NCBI GenBank assembly: GCA_964493695.1 | Contig: CAZBPG010000005.1 | Location: 20,602-84,601, forward strand | DNA from: an uncultured Chitinophaga sp. | GTDB lineage: Bacteria > Bacteroidota > Bacteroidia > Chitinophagales > LD1 | Length of the DNA: 64,000 nt | Reading direction: 5' to 3' | In this document: one piece after another, positions 18,435 through 28,208 of the stretch | How positions within the stretch are numbered: position 1 is the stretch's first letter | Layout of the letters: each line of letters begins with the position of its first letter | Notes under the pieces: generated by a model | Told to the model about the DNA's origin: nothing | Seen by the model: the letters and a program-made list of their open reading frames with translations, nothing else | The model's database searches: none | Program-made: the position numbers and the translations under genes

Positions 18435-19991
18435 ATGAAATTTGCACTCCTGTTCTTTTCCGGTTGTTTGGTTTCTCTCGTTTCTGCCCAGCCGCTTTTC
18501 GATACTTCTATCAACAACTTTCTTGACCCCACTTTAAAACCCTTCTATTTTAACGTAGCATCAGGCGACCCGCAACAGCACAGCGTTATCATCTGGACCA
18601 AAGTGTGGAGCGATAACAACCAACCGGTACCGGTAAGGTGGCAGATGGCAGCAGACACTGCCATGCAAACCGTTGTGGCATCAGGTGAAGTGAATGCTGT
18701 TTACGAATCTGCTTACACCGTAAAGATTTCAGCACAACGTTTACAACCAAACACCACTTATTTCTATCGGTTCGAAGCGGGAAACATTTTTTCTCCCATC
18801 GGTAGAACAAGAACCGCACCGGTGCAGGCCGGTGAGTTAAAATTTGCTGTAGTAAGCCGCAATAATTACGAGCAGGGTTTTTTCAACGCTTACCGGTTAA
18901 TTGCCAACCAACCCGAAATTAACGCAGTAATACATTTAGGCGATTACATTTACGAATACGGTGCCCGTAAAATAGACGGAAAGAGAACCGTGCGCGCCCA
19001 CATTCCTGACCATGAAATTCTAAACCTGCAGGATTACCGCAGCCGCTATGCGCAATACCGGCTCGATAAAGATTTGCAGGAAGCCCACCGCTTGCACCCT
19101 TTTGTTACCGAATGGGACGATCATGAATTTGCCAACGATACTTACAAAGAAGGAGCAAAAAATCACCAGCCGGAAGAGGGCGACTGGGAAACGCGAAAAG
19201 CCACCGCCAAACAGGCTTACTTCGAATGGCTGCCCATAACCGATAATCCGGAAAAGAGCGTAACACGGAAGATCAGTTTCGGCAACCTGGCCGACCTGTT
19301 TATGCTGGACGGTCGCGTGGAAGGAAGAAGCAAACCGGGCACCACTGCTTACGATACAATTATTGAATCAGCCGGCCGGACCATGCTTGGCAAAAAACAA
19401 AGCGACTGGCTCACATCCGGCATAGAAGCATCTCCCGCCCGCTGGAAAATCATCGGCAACCAAGTGGTATTTTCAGAACTGGATGCACATCAGCTTACTA
19501 AAGAACATCGAATAAACCAGGACGCATGGGACGGATATCCGGTGGAGCGAAAGGAAATTCTCGATTCGTTTTATGCGCACAGTGTAAAAAATATTTTGGT
19601 GCTCACCGGTGACATTCACCTTTCGTGGGCATTCGATTTAGTGCAAAGTCCGAAAGATAAGAACCGATACGACCGTAAAACCGGCAAAGGGGTTATCGGT
19701 GCCGAAATTGTTACCCCGAGTATTTCTACCAATGGTTTGGGTGAGCGCTTCCCTCGGGGATTATGCAATATGATTGGAAGTATTCTAAAACGTAAATCTA
19801 CCAACCCGCATCTGCGTTTTCAAAACTTAGTTGACCACGGCTATGTTTTACTCGACCTAAACAACGAGCGCGCTAAAGCCACCTGGAATTATTGTAAAAC
19901 CGTACGTAAAAAATCGGAAAAATTTTCGGCTAAAAATAGCTGGGTAAGCGATTACAACACCAACCGGTTGGTGAAAGTGAAAAAGCAGTAA
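18435..19991 (+). CDS. phoD: alkaline phosphatase D family protein
   Basis: 518 aa with a signal peptide. It shows the PhoD-like N-terminal domain (GDPQQHSVIIWT), a metallophosphatase core (HLGDYIYEYG, EWDDHEFANDT) and GDIHLSWA. Confidence 0.9.
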   Translation: MKFALLFFSGCLVSLVSAQPLFDTSINNFLDPTLKPFYFNVASGDPQQHSVIIWTKVWSDNNQPVPVRWQMAADTAMQTVVASGEVNAVYESAYTVKISAQRLQPNTTYFYRFEAGNIFSPIGRTRTAPVQAGELKFAVVSRNNYEQGFFNAYRLIANQPEINAVIHLGDYIYEYGARKIDGKRTVRAHIPDHEILNLQDYRSRYAQYRLDKDLQEAHRLHPFVTEWDDHEFANDTYKEGAKNHQPEEGDWETRKATAKQAYFEWLPITDNPEKSVTRKISFGNLADLFMLDGRVEGRSKPGTTAYDTIIESAGRTMLGKKQSDWLTSGIEASPARWKIIGNQVVFSELDAHQLTKEHRINQDAWDGYPVERKEILDSFYAHSVKNILVLTGDIHLSWAFDLVQSPKDKNRYDRKTGKGVIGAEIVTPSISTNGLGERFPRGLCNMIGSILKRKSTNPHLRFQNLVDHGYVLLDLNNERAKATWNYCKTVRKKSEKFSAKNSWVSDYNTNRLVKVKKQ

Positions 19992-21749
19992 TTACTTTAT
20001 CACACTTATTCCAACTTCCTTCAGTGCCTTTTCATCCACCGGTGTAGGAGCATCCATCATCAAATCTCTTCCACCCGAAGTTTTAGGATAAGCAATTACA
20101 TCGCGAATCGTTTCGCCACCGGTCATCAGCATTACGATTCTGTCTAAGCCGAAAGCACAGCCACCGTGAGGTGGTGCACCGTATTTAAAGGCATTCAGCA
20201 TAAAGCCGAACTTCTTATCGCGGTCTTCTTCTGTCAATCCAAGATTTTTGAAAACCCGCTCCTGAATATCTTTTTGGTGTATGCGGATAGACCCGGAAAG
20301 AATTTCGTTACCATTCATCACCATGTCATACGTTTGAGCACGAACACGCGTAGGGTCAGTATCAAAATACTGCATATCTTCCGGATGCGGGGAGCAGAAC
20401 GGATGATGCGCAAAAGTTATCTCCCCGCTCTCCTCATCTTTTTCGAAAAGAGGAAAATCAACAATCCACAAAACGCTCCAAGCTTTTTCATCAATCCAGT
20501 TATTCTTCTTAGCCAGTTCCAAACGTAAATCGCCCAGCGATTTACGAACCTTTGATGTTTTATCAGCAGCAATCAACAACAAATCACCTTTCTGAGCTTC
20601 AAAAGCTTTTCCAATCTCGCGCAGTTGTTCTTCGTTAAAAAATTTATCAATCGAAGACTTCACTGTTCCATCTTCGTTGAACTTAATGTTTATCAAACCA
20701 CTTAATCCCCGGTGGCTGGCTTTTACAAACTCCGTCAACTCATCGGTTTGCTTACGTGAATACGCAGCGCAGCCTTTAGCATTCAGTCCGGCAACAATTC
20801 CACCACCGGTAACAGCATTATTAAAAACAGCAAACTCAGATTTTGGCAGAACCTCGTTCAACTCTACAATCTTACAATCGAATCGCAAATCGGGTTTATC
20901 GCTGCCGTAAAGTTTCAGCGCGTCATCATAACGCAAGCGTGGAAGTTCGGACAACTCATAGTTCAGCACCTTTTTAAATACATGCTGAATCAACCCTCCA
21001 AAGGTTTCAAAAATATCTTCCTGATGAACAAAACTCATTTCGCAGTCCACCTGGGTGAACTCCGGTTGGCGGTCACCGCGAAAATCTTCATCGCGAAAAC
21101 ATCTCACAATCTGATAATACCGGTCCATACCGGCTACCATCAACAACTGCTTCAAGATTTGAGGTGATTGAGGAAGCGCATAAAAACTTCCGTGCTGTAA
21201 CCGTGACGGCACCAGGAAATCGCGTGCACCCTCCGGGGTACTTTTAATCAAATTTGGAGTTTCTATCTCTATAAATTCTTTTGCGTCTAAAAACTCCCGC
21301 ACCGCCTTGTTTATTTGCGCCCGCATAATAAGCGTATCGCGCATTTTTGGTCTGCGAATATCCAGGTAGCGATATTTCAAACGCAGTTCTTCATTGCCGT
21401 CTGTTTCATTTTCTATAATAAAAGGCGGGGTTTCGCTTTCGCTTAAAACAGTAAGTCCTGACACGATAATTTCAATTTCACCGGTGGGCATATTCGGGTT
21501 CTTACTGCTGCGTTCGGCTACCTTTCCTTTTACTTGAATTACAAACTCACGTCCGAGTTTTTTCGTCATGTCAAAAAGTAACGCATCAGTTTCGGGATTG
21601 AAAACAAGCTGTGTAATTCCATACCGGTCGCGCAAATCAACAAATGTCATAGCCCCCAACGCACGGGTTTTTTGCACCCAACCGCTTAGGATTACTTCAT
21701 TTCCAACATTCTTCAGGTTCAATTCACCACAGGTATTTGTTCTGTACAT
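19992..21749 (-). CDS. aspS: aspartate--tRNA ligase
   Basis: It has a class IIb OB-fold N-terminus (MYRTNTCGELNLKNVGNEVILSGWV) and FYALPQSPQILKQLLM. The C-terminus carries the motif 3 region GAPPHGGCAFGLDRIVML. The ATG at 21749 is preferred over the extended track start at 21791. Confidence 0.97.
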   Translation of the reverse strand: MYRTNTCGELNLKNVGNEVILSGWVQKTRALGAMTFVDLRDRYGITQLVFNPETDALLFDMTKKLGREFVIQVKGKVAERSSKNPNMPTGEIEIIVSGLTVLSESETPPFIIENETDGNEELRLKYRYLDIRRPKMRDTLIMRAQINKAVREFLDAKEFIEIETPNLIKSTPEGARDFLVPSRLQHGSFYALPQSPQILKQLLMVAGMDRYYQIVRCFRDEDFRGDRQPEFTQVDCEMSFVHQEDIFETFGGLIQHVFKKVLNYELSELPRLRYDDALKLYGSDKPDLRFDCKIVELNEVLPKSEFAVFNNAVTGGGIVAGLNAKGCAAYSRKQTDELTEFVKASHRGLSGLINIKFNEDGTVKSSIDKFFNEEQLREIGKAFEAQKGDLLLIAADKTSKVRKSLGDLRLELAKKNNWIDEKAWSVLWIVDFPLFEKDEESGEITFAHHPFCSPHPEDMQYFDTDPTRVRAQTYDMVMNGNEILSGSIRIHQKDIQERVFKNLGLTEEDRDKKFGFMLNAFKYGAPPHGGCAFGLDRIVMLMTGGETIRDVIAYPKTSGGRDLMMDAPTPVDEKALKEVGISVIK

Positions 21750-21876
21750 AACATCAAAATTTGAGGCGGTGAAAATAATTATTTGCCTCACACAAACTTT
21801 CTCCTGTCCATTTACAACGTATTCCCTATATTTCGCATCTTTTTTCGAACAATAAACCTTGATTAAGCCAATTTTG

Positions 21877-24800
21877 ATGCGTTTCTACCAGAACCTCTTT
21901 CTTTCAGTTTTTGCCGCTTTACTTTTTTGCCAACCGGTTCTTGCCACTCACAACATGGGTAAAGATATTCAATACGAGTGTCTGGGTTTAGTGGGTGGAA
22001 ACATGCGCTACAAAATTACCATCCGTTACTATCGCAATTGTTGGGATAACCAGTCACAAAGTCAGGCAGTAAATGCACCCACCAGTGTATCTCTACAGGT
22101 TTCTGCGTTAAATTGCACTTTATCACAAACCAACTACACCGTAAATCTTGACCCCGCGGCACAACCTGCCAACGGCACTGAAGTATCACAACTTTGTCCT
22201 TCACAGATTGCCTCCAGCGGTTGCAACTGGACAAGTTCAGGTAATCCCCCTTATCCGGGAGTAGAGATATATACCTATACCAGAACCGTTGACGTGCCAC
22301 CCGGATGTACACAGGTAACTTTCGGCACTACTGATTGTTGTCGCAACGGAGCCATCAACAATATTAACAACCCGGGCGGTGAGGATTTATCTATCAAAGC
22401 AACCGTTAACAACAGTATTGACCCCGCTACCGGTCAGCCATATTGCAACAACTCTGTAGCATTTACCAATCAACCGGTTCCGTTTTTCTGCCTGGGTTCT
22501 AACGTAACCTTCAATCACGGAGCTGTGGATGTGGACGGAGATTCTCTGGTTTATTCCCTGATAAATCCGATGAACGGAGGAACACTCCCATATACCAATA
22601 TTCTGTTTGCAGCAAACTATACGGTAAATTGTCCAATCCGTACAATACCTGCCAACTCTTTCCAGTTTAATACCCAAACAGGGCAAATGCAGTTTGTTCC
22701 GGGCTTTCAGGAACAGGATGTATTAGCGGTTCGCGTGGATGAGTATAGAGATGGTGTGCTGATTGGTTCCACAATGCGCGATATTCAGGTGGTTATTCTT
22801 AACTGCGCTATTGCTATCCCAAATCAGAACCCTATTACCAACGTGCAGAACGGAAATCAGGTAGACTCTTTAAGCGTTCAGGTTTGTCCCGGTACCCCAT
22901 TACGCTTCGATATTCTTTGCACCGACCCGGCCAACCACAACCTCGTTATAACCAGTAATATTAATACCACACCTTCTGCTATTCCGGGAGCAACGATGAC
23001 ACAGGTAGGAACCGGTGATACTGTAACCGCCCGAATTGACTGGACACCCCTGCCGGGCGATACCGGTTGCCATAATTTTGTTTTGACAGCCGAAAATAAC
23101 GATTGCCCCATCAACGGTCAGTATACCAGAGTGTATTCTATTTGTGTTTTTACAGAAGTACAACTGCTTACAGCCAGCACAACGTATTGCGGAACACCGG
23201 TTCAGCTTACAGCCACCGGAGGAACCAATTTTTCATGGATACCCTCCACCGGGCCTAATGGTGTATCAAATCCTAATATTTACAACCCAACAGTTACACC
23301 GGCAACTTCAACCATGTATTATTTCAGTTCCGATTGCGGAACAGATTCTGTGTTTGTAGGAGCCGCTCCTCCTTTCACCTATGATGCGGGACCGGGTGGA
23401 AGTATTTGTCAAAATGGCCAGTTACCGTTGAATGCTACGGTAGATAACCTATATACACCTTATCATTTTCAATGGGTGCCCGGCAATGGCTTATTGGACC
23501 CGATAGCTAACGTACCAAACGATACTGTACCTAATCCGGTAGCAAGTCCGTTGGTAACCACAAAGTATTATCTCTATATAACCGGAGCTAACGGTTGTAC
23601 GAATGTTGACTCAGTTACTGTGAATGTAGCCGGCTCCGGACCTAACATAGTTGCACAGGCACAGCCTACCAACGTCTGTCCGGGCGATCCTGTTAACCTG
23701 AATATTGTTACTAATCCGCAAAGTTGTGGCGTTGCCCAGACTCCATGTACCGGGCATGTTGTGGAAGCGCAGATAGGAACCGGTACAGGTGTAACACCAA
23801 CCGGTTCGGCTACTCAGTATCCAACTATCTACGGCCATTACAGCAGAAGTGCCCGCCATCAGTTTTTGTACTTGCAAAGCGAGTTGAATGCGTTAGCGGG
23901 TTCCGGAGGGACTATTGACAGCATTGCATTTTATATGGATGATGTAACCGGGGTACTGGATACCATGAAGAATTTCGAGATAAAGATGGCATGCACACAA
24001 GCAACTTCATTAACCACCTGGCAACCCAACCTGGTAACAGTTTTTGTTCCCAAGAGTGTCCCGCTAGGAATTGTTGATGGATGGGTAACTCACCGGCTTG
24101 ACTTCCCTTACGATTGGGATGGCTCATCGAACTTGGTAGTGGATGTTTGTTTTGACAATACCGGTAGCCCTACCGTGTTGAATAAGAAAATGCAGATGAC
24201 CCCCACATCATTTTCTTCTGTTTATTATTCAAAGGGAAATACCAGCCAGTGCGGAGTTACAGGTGTACCTACCAGCAGTGTCAACAGACCTAATGCCAAG
24301 TTTAATATTTGTGTTACAGATGTTGCAGGTTTACCCATTTTATGGACACCAAGTGTGGGACCAAATGCGCCAACTCCAGTTGATATCGTAAATCCGGTCG
24401 CGCATCCGGAATCTCCGGTGATTTACGGGGTAGATGTAACTGCTGCAAACGGCTGCCACAGTCAGGATTTTGTTTATATAAATGTAGATACATCAGTTCG
24501 CTTTTATGCATTTCCTATAGACACATTTTTCTGCAATCCGGTGCCGGTTCAGTTGACTACTGTTACTTTTGGAAATCCTTTACCAGGCAATAGTTTTAGT
24601 TATCAATGGACAAATCTTACTACTAACACATCCGCAGGAACCGGTTCGTCTATTACCGTAAATCCAACTACTAACACTGATTATTTAGTCACGCTTACAG
24701 GTGGTACTTGTACTTTGCACGACACTGTTCACGTTAGAACCGGAAACAGCATCCCTGTGAATTTGCTAATCGACTCCATTAGTTGTTTTGGAACAAATGA

Positions 24801-26892
24801 TGCTGTAATCCAAGCCCAACCTACCGGTGGCACTTTGCCTCTTAATTATTCATGGAGCAACAGCGTAACCGGTGTTGATTCTATCAATAATCTTGCTCCG
24901 GGAAATTATTCAGTTACTATTTCAGACGCATCAGGTTGCACCGGAACTGGAAGTACTTCCATTACACAACCAACTCAGTTAAGTTATACGGCTAACTTTG
25001 TAAACATTCTTTGCAATGGAGCTAACGATGGAAGCATAACTATCACGCCAAGCGGAGGTAATCCAGGTTATTCTTACCAGTGGAACCCTGCTCTAGGTAA
25101 TACCGCAAGCGCAACGGGACTTGCAGCTGGAAATTATTCTGTTACCGTTTTCGATTCGCATAATTGCACCGTTACCGTTTCTTCTGCAATTACTGAACCG
25201 GCAGCGCTAACCATAAGCATTGCTAAAACAGATGCAAGTTGCGATGCAAGTTTAGATGGAACTGCCACAGCCACAGTCAATGGCGGAACCACAAATTATG
25301 TTTACGAGTGGAATGGTACAGCAGGCAATTCTCTCATCAGCAATTTAGATAATGGTAATCATACTTTGTTAGTTACAGACGCTAATAATTGCACCGTTAC
25401 TTCCAACTTTGTGATTGACACCCTTTATGTATTACACATTGCAACTACATCAACCAATGCTTCTTGCTTTGGTGTTTATGACGGAACTACAACTTCTTTG
25501 GTGCTGAATGGAACTGCCCCCTACGTTTACTTATGGACCCCATCGAACCAAAGTATTGCAACTGCTACCGGTTTATCTGCCGGAAATTATTCAGTGGATG
25601 TAACAGATAACAGGAATTGCACAGCTACTGCTACAGCGATTGTAACCGAACCCACACAAATTGTTTTATCGTTCAACCATACCGATCCGCTTTGCACCGG
25701 CATCTCTAATGGAACTGCTGAAGTAACCGCCAGCGGTGGCAGCGGAACTTATTCTTACGATTGGGCATTTCTGCCGGGCACACCAGATAACAGTTCCCTT
25801 AATAATATTCCGGCTGGTGTTTATAATGTCACAGTTACCGATGTAAGCAACTGCAGCGTTCAGGGTAGTGTTACGCTGGCCAATCCACCTTCTTTGAATG
25901 CACAACTCATTAATAAAACTGAAATTACTTGTGCCAATGCCATGGACGGTTCTGTAGAGGTTTCGGTTTCTGGAGGAACACCACCTATTTCCTTTTTGTG
26001 GGACAATAGTTCCTCTTCAGCTATTCAAAACAACCTTGCTCCTGGAAATTACACAGTGACTGTAGCCGACAATAACGGATGCGATACATCGCTCAACATT
26101 GCATTTGTCGCACCACCATTAATTTCTGTATCTGTTCTAAATGTTGATTCAGTTTCCTGCCCTGATTATACGAATGGACGAATTCAAATTTCGGGAAGTG
26201 GCGGAACACCGGGCAATCCTGTTCCTTATGAATACTCTATAGATGGAACAACTTTCCACTCAAATGATTTATTTGAAAATTTAAGTGCCGGTGTTTATTC
26301 CCTAAAAATACGCGACAGTGAGGGATGCACAAAAGATACCACCGTGTTTATATATGAACCGGTGAAACCTGATTTGAGTATTTCCCCGCAGGATAGCACA
26401 ATTAAACTTGGTCAATCAATTACCCTTGTTTCTAATGTTAACCATTACACAGCGGCCGATGTAAACTTCTATTCATGGTCACCGGTTACAGGCTTGAATT
26501 GTTCAGATTGCTCTTCTCCGTTAGCTGCCCCTTATACTTATACGATTTACACTTTAACAGTAAATTATCTTTCCGATTGCAGCGTTTCTCAAAGCATCAC
26601 CGTCTATGTAGGCGATGGTGAAGATTTTTATGCGCCTAATGCTTTTTCACCCAACGGTGACGGCAATAATGACGTCTTTACAATGTATGGTTTTGGTTTA
26701 TCAAAATTGAACCTTAAAATTTTTAACCGTTGGGGAGAAAAGATTTTTGATTCACAGAATCAGTGGCAGGGATGGGACGGAACTTACAAAGGGGATTTGC
26801 AAAATCCGGGAGTTTATACCTATTATGCGCAGGGAATTTATTTGAACGGAAGAACAAAAGAAAAGACCGGAACGGTTACCCTTATTAGATAG
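21877..26892 (+). CDS. SprB-repeat cell-surface adhesin with a T9SS type-B (gliding-motility-associated) C-terminal domain
   Basis: About 1671 aa from the ATG at 21877; the track starts at a TTG at 21859. The signal peptide is LFLSVFAALLFCQPVLA. The C-terminal YAPNAFSPNGDGNNDVF...NRWGEKIF...GVYTYY...VTLIR is the type-B CTD. Confidence 0.85.
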   Translation: MRFYQNLFLSVFAALLFCQPVLATHNMGKDIQYECLGLVGGNMRYKITIRYYRNCWDNQSQSQAVNAPTSVSLQVSALNCTLSQTNYTVNLDPAAQPANGTEVSQLCPSQIASSGCNWTSSGNPPYPGVEIYTYTRTVDVPPGCTQVTFGTTDCCRNGAINNINNPGGEDLSIKATVNNSIDPATGQPYCNNSVAFTNQPVPFFCLGSNVTFNHGAVDVDGDSLVYSLINPMNGGTLPYTNILFAANYTVNCPIRTIPANSFQFNTQTGQMQFVPGFQEQDVLAVRVDEYRDGVLIGSTMRDIQVVILNCAIAIPNQNPITNVQNGNQVDSLSVQVCPGTPLRFDILCTDPANHNLVITSNINTTPSAIPGATMTQVGTGDTVTARIDWTPLPGDTGCHNFVLTAENNDCPINGQYTRVYSICVFTEVQLLTASTTYCGTPVQLTATGGTNFSWIPSTGPNGVSNPNIYNPTVTPATSTMYYFSSDCGTDSVFVGAAPPFTYDAGPGGSICQNGQLPLNATVDNLYTPYHFQWVPGNGLLDPIANVPNDTVPNPVASPLVTTKYYLYITGANGCTNVDSVTVNVAGSGPNIVAQAQPTNVCPGDPVNLNIVTNPQSCGVAQTPCTGHVVEAQIGTGTGVTPTGSATQYPTIYGHYSRSARHQFLYLQSELNALAGSGGTIDSIAFYMDDVTGVLDTMKNFEIKMACTQATSLTTWQPNLVTVFVPKSVPLGIVDGWVTHRLDFPYDWDGSSNLVVDVCFDNTGSPTVLNKKMQMTPTSFSSVYYSKGNTSQCGVTGVPTSSVNRPNAKFNICVTDVAGLPILWTPSVGPNAPTPVDIVNPVAHPESPVIYGVDVTAANGCHSQDFVYINVDTSVRFYAFPIDTFFCNPVPVQLTTVTFGNPLPGNSFSYQWTNLTTNTSAGTGSSITVNPTTNTDYLVTLTGGTCTLHDTVHVRTGNSIPVNLLIDSISCFGTNDAVIQAQPTGGTLPLNYSWSNSVTGVDSINNLAPGNYSVTISDASGCTGTGSTSITQPTQLSYTANFVNILCNGANDGSITITPSGGNPGYSYQWNPALGNTASATGLAAGNYSVTVFDSHNCTVTVSSAITEPAALTISIAKTDASCDASLDGTATATVNGGTTNYVYEWNGTAGNSLISNLDNGNHTLLVTDANNCTVTSNFVIDTLYVLHIATTSTNASCFGVYDGTTTSLVLNGTAPYVYLWTPSNQSIATATGLSAGNYSVDVTDNRNCTATATAIVTEPTQIVLSFNHTDPLCTGISNGTAEVTASGGSGTYSYDWAFLPGTPDNSSLNNIPAGVYNVTVTDVSNCSVQGSVTLANPPSLNAQLINKTEITCANAMDGSVEVSVSGGTPPISFLWDNSSSSAIQNNLAPGNYTVTVADNNGCDTSLNIAFVAPPLISVSVLNVDSVSCPDYTNGRIQISGSGGTPGNPVPYEYSIDGTTFHSNDLFENLSAGVYSLKIRDSEGCTKDTTVFIYEPVKPDLSISPQDSTIKLGQSITLVSNVNHYTAADVNFYSWSPVTGLNCSDCSSPLAAPYTYTIYTLTVNYLSDCSVSQSITVYVGDGEDFYAPNAFSPNGDGNNDVFTMYGFGLSKLNLKIFNRWGEKIFDSQNQWQGWDGTYKGDLQNPGVYTYYAQGIYLNGRTKEKTGTVTLIR
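24769..26370 (+). repeat. seven tandem Cys-framed SprB-type repeats (~70-76 aa each) inside the adhesin gene
   Basis: The recurring pattern is xxxC.G..DG.....A.GG...Y.Y.W.........L..G.Y.V.V.D...C. I counted seven units in the translation. Confidence 0.7.
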
Positions 26893-27045
26893 TTGCCAGA
26901 AAAGCGAGAGAAAACAAGTAATGAATTGTAACTTTTCAACCTTTAAATCGGTAAAACAAGTTGGAATGGTGCCGAATAATATTTTTGATAAAAGTTTTGT
27001 CGAATTGAAATTTTTCTATTTTTAGTCATCTTTAAACCGAGATAA

Positions 27046-28116
27046 ATGAAAAAAGTTTTACCAATCATCCTGATTTTTGCAGCCATGTTAAAGGCATCTG
27101 CACAAGATCCGCACTTCTCTCAATTTTATATGTCGCCACTTTATCTGAATCCCGCTATGACTGGTGCATTCGATGGCAATTATCGCTTAACGGGATTGTT
27201 TCGTGGCCAGTGGGGGTCTATTTTGCAAAATGAGCAAACACCCATGTATCGCACTTATACTTTCAGTGCTGATTTCAGAACCAATAAAGGTTTTGCAAAA
27301 GGTGATGCTTTTGGTTTCGGTGCATCGTTTGTGGGTGATCAAGCTGGTGAATCAAGGTTCGGCTACAATGTTGGCGGACTTGCATTAGCATATCACAAAT
27401 CGTTGAATCAGAAAAATACAAATTATCTCGCGGTAGGATTTTCTTCTCAGATATTCCAACAAACCATTGATTTCTCTCACCTGCAGTTCGGTAGCCAGTG
27501 GGATGGCAGCGCTTATAATTCATTACTTCCTACTAACGAATTTTTAGTAGACAACAAATTTATGTATTGGGATATCAACGCAGGGTTGATGTGGTACATG
27601 AAGATTTCGAAAAGGACAAGTGTTTATTTGGGCGCGTCTGCTTTCCACTTGAATCGTCCGGCTATTTCTTTCCTCGGAGATAAGAATGTAAAGTTGAACA
27701 TGAAGTTTGTGGGTCATGGAGGAATTCGTTTTCCGTTAAAAGGCAGATTCGATATGCAACCAAAGTTCATTTTTATGAACCAGGGCAAATCGATGGAATT
27801 GATTTTGGGTACCGATTTCAGAATTTTGTTTGAAGAAAGATATCCAGATGGCAACCACTTTAAGGCCGGAGCGATGTTCCGCATGGTTGGTGGAGACCCA
27901 AATGCTCCCTGGAGAGATAAAAGAATGGTGGCTGAATCTGTCATCTTGAATGCCGGTGTGGTTTGGAACGGCATTGAGTTAGGAGTAGCGTACGACATTA
28001 ACGTATCACAGCTTATCAGCGGATCTAAATCCAGAGGTGGATTTGAAGTTGGTCTTGCTTACGTTGGTAAATGGAAAAAGAGAGGACCTCAAACTATTTA
28101 CTGCCCAAGATTCTAA
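27046..28116 (+). CDS. type IX secretion system membrane protein, PorP/SprF family
   Basis: 356 aa. After the signal peptide comes AQDPHFSQFYMSPLYLNPAMTGAFDG, the family signature N-terminus. The gene lies directly downstream of a type-B CTD cargo gene. Confidence 0.9.
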   Translation: MKKVLPIILIFAAMLKASAQDPHFSQFYMSPLYLNPAMTGAFDGNYRLTGLFRGQWGSILQNEQTPMYRTYTFSADFRTNKGFAKGDAFGFGASFVGDQAGESRFGYNVGGLALAYHKSLNQKNTNYLAVGFSSQIFQQTIDFSHLQFGSQWDGSAYNSLLPTNEFLVDNKFMYWDINAGLMWYMKISKRTSVYLGASAFHLNRPAISFLGDKNVKLNMKFVGHGGIRFPLKGRFDMQPKFIFMNQGKSMELILGTDFRILFEERYPDGNHFKAGAMFRMVGGDPNAPWRDKRMVAESVILNAGVVWNGIELGVAYDINVSQLISGSKSRGGFEVGLAYVGKWKKRGPQTIYCPRF

Positions 28117-28130
28117 CTCTATGTTGTAAA

Positions 28131-28171
28131 AAACAGAACTGCCCCGAAAACTTTCGGGGCAGTTCTGTTTT
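28131..28171 (+). terminator. rho-independent terminator after the PorP/SprF gene
   Basis: AACAGAACTGCCCCGAAA / TTTCGGGGCAGTTCTGTT form a near-perfect ~17-bp stem, followed by a T-run. Confidence 0.85.
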
Positions 28172-28208
28172 ACGCCTATAAATCAGCAAATTCAATTACG
28201 TTCGCGAC

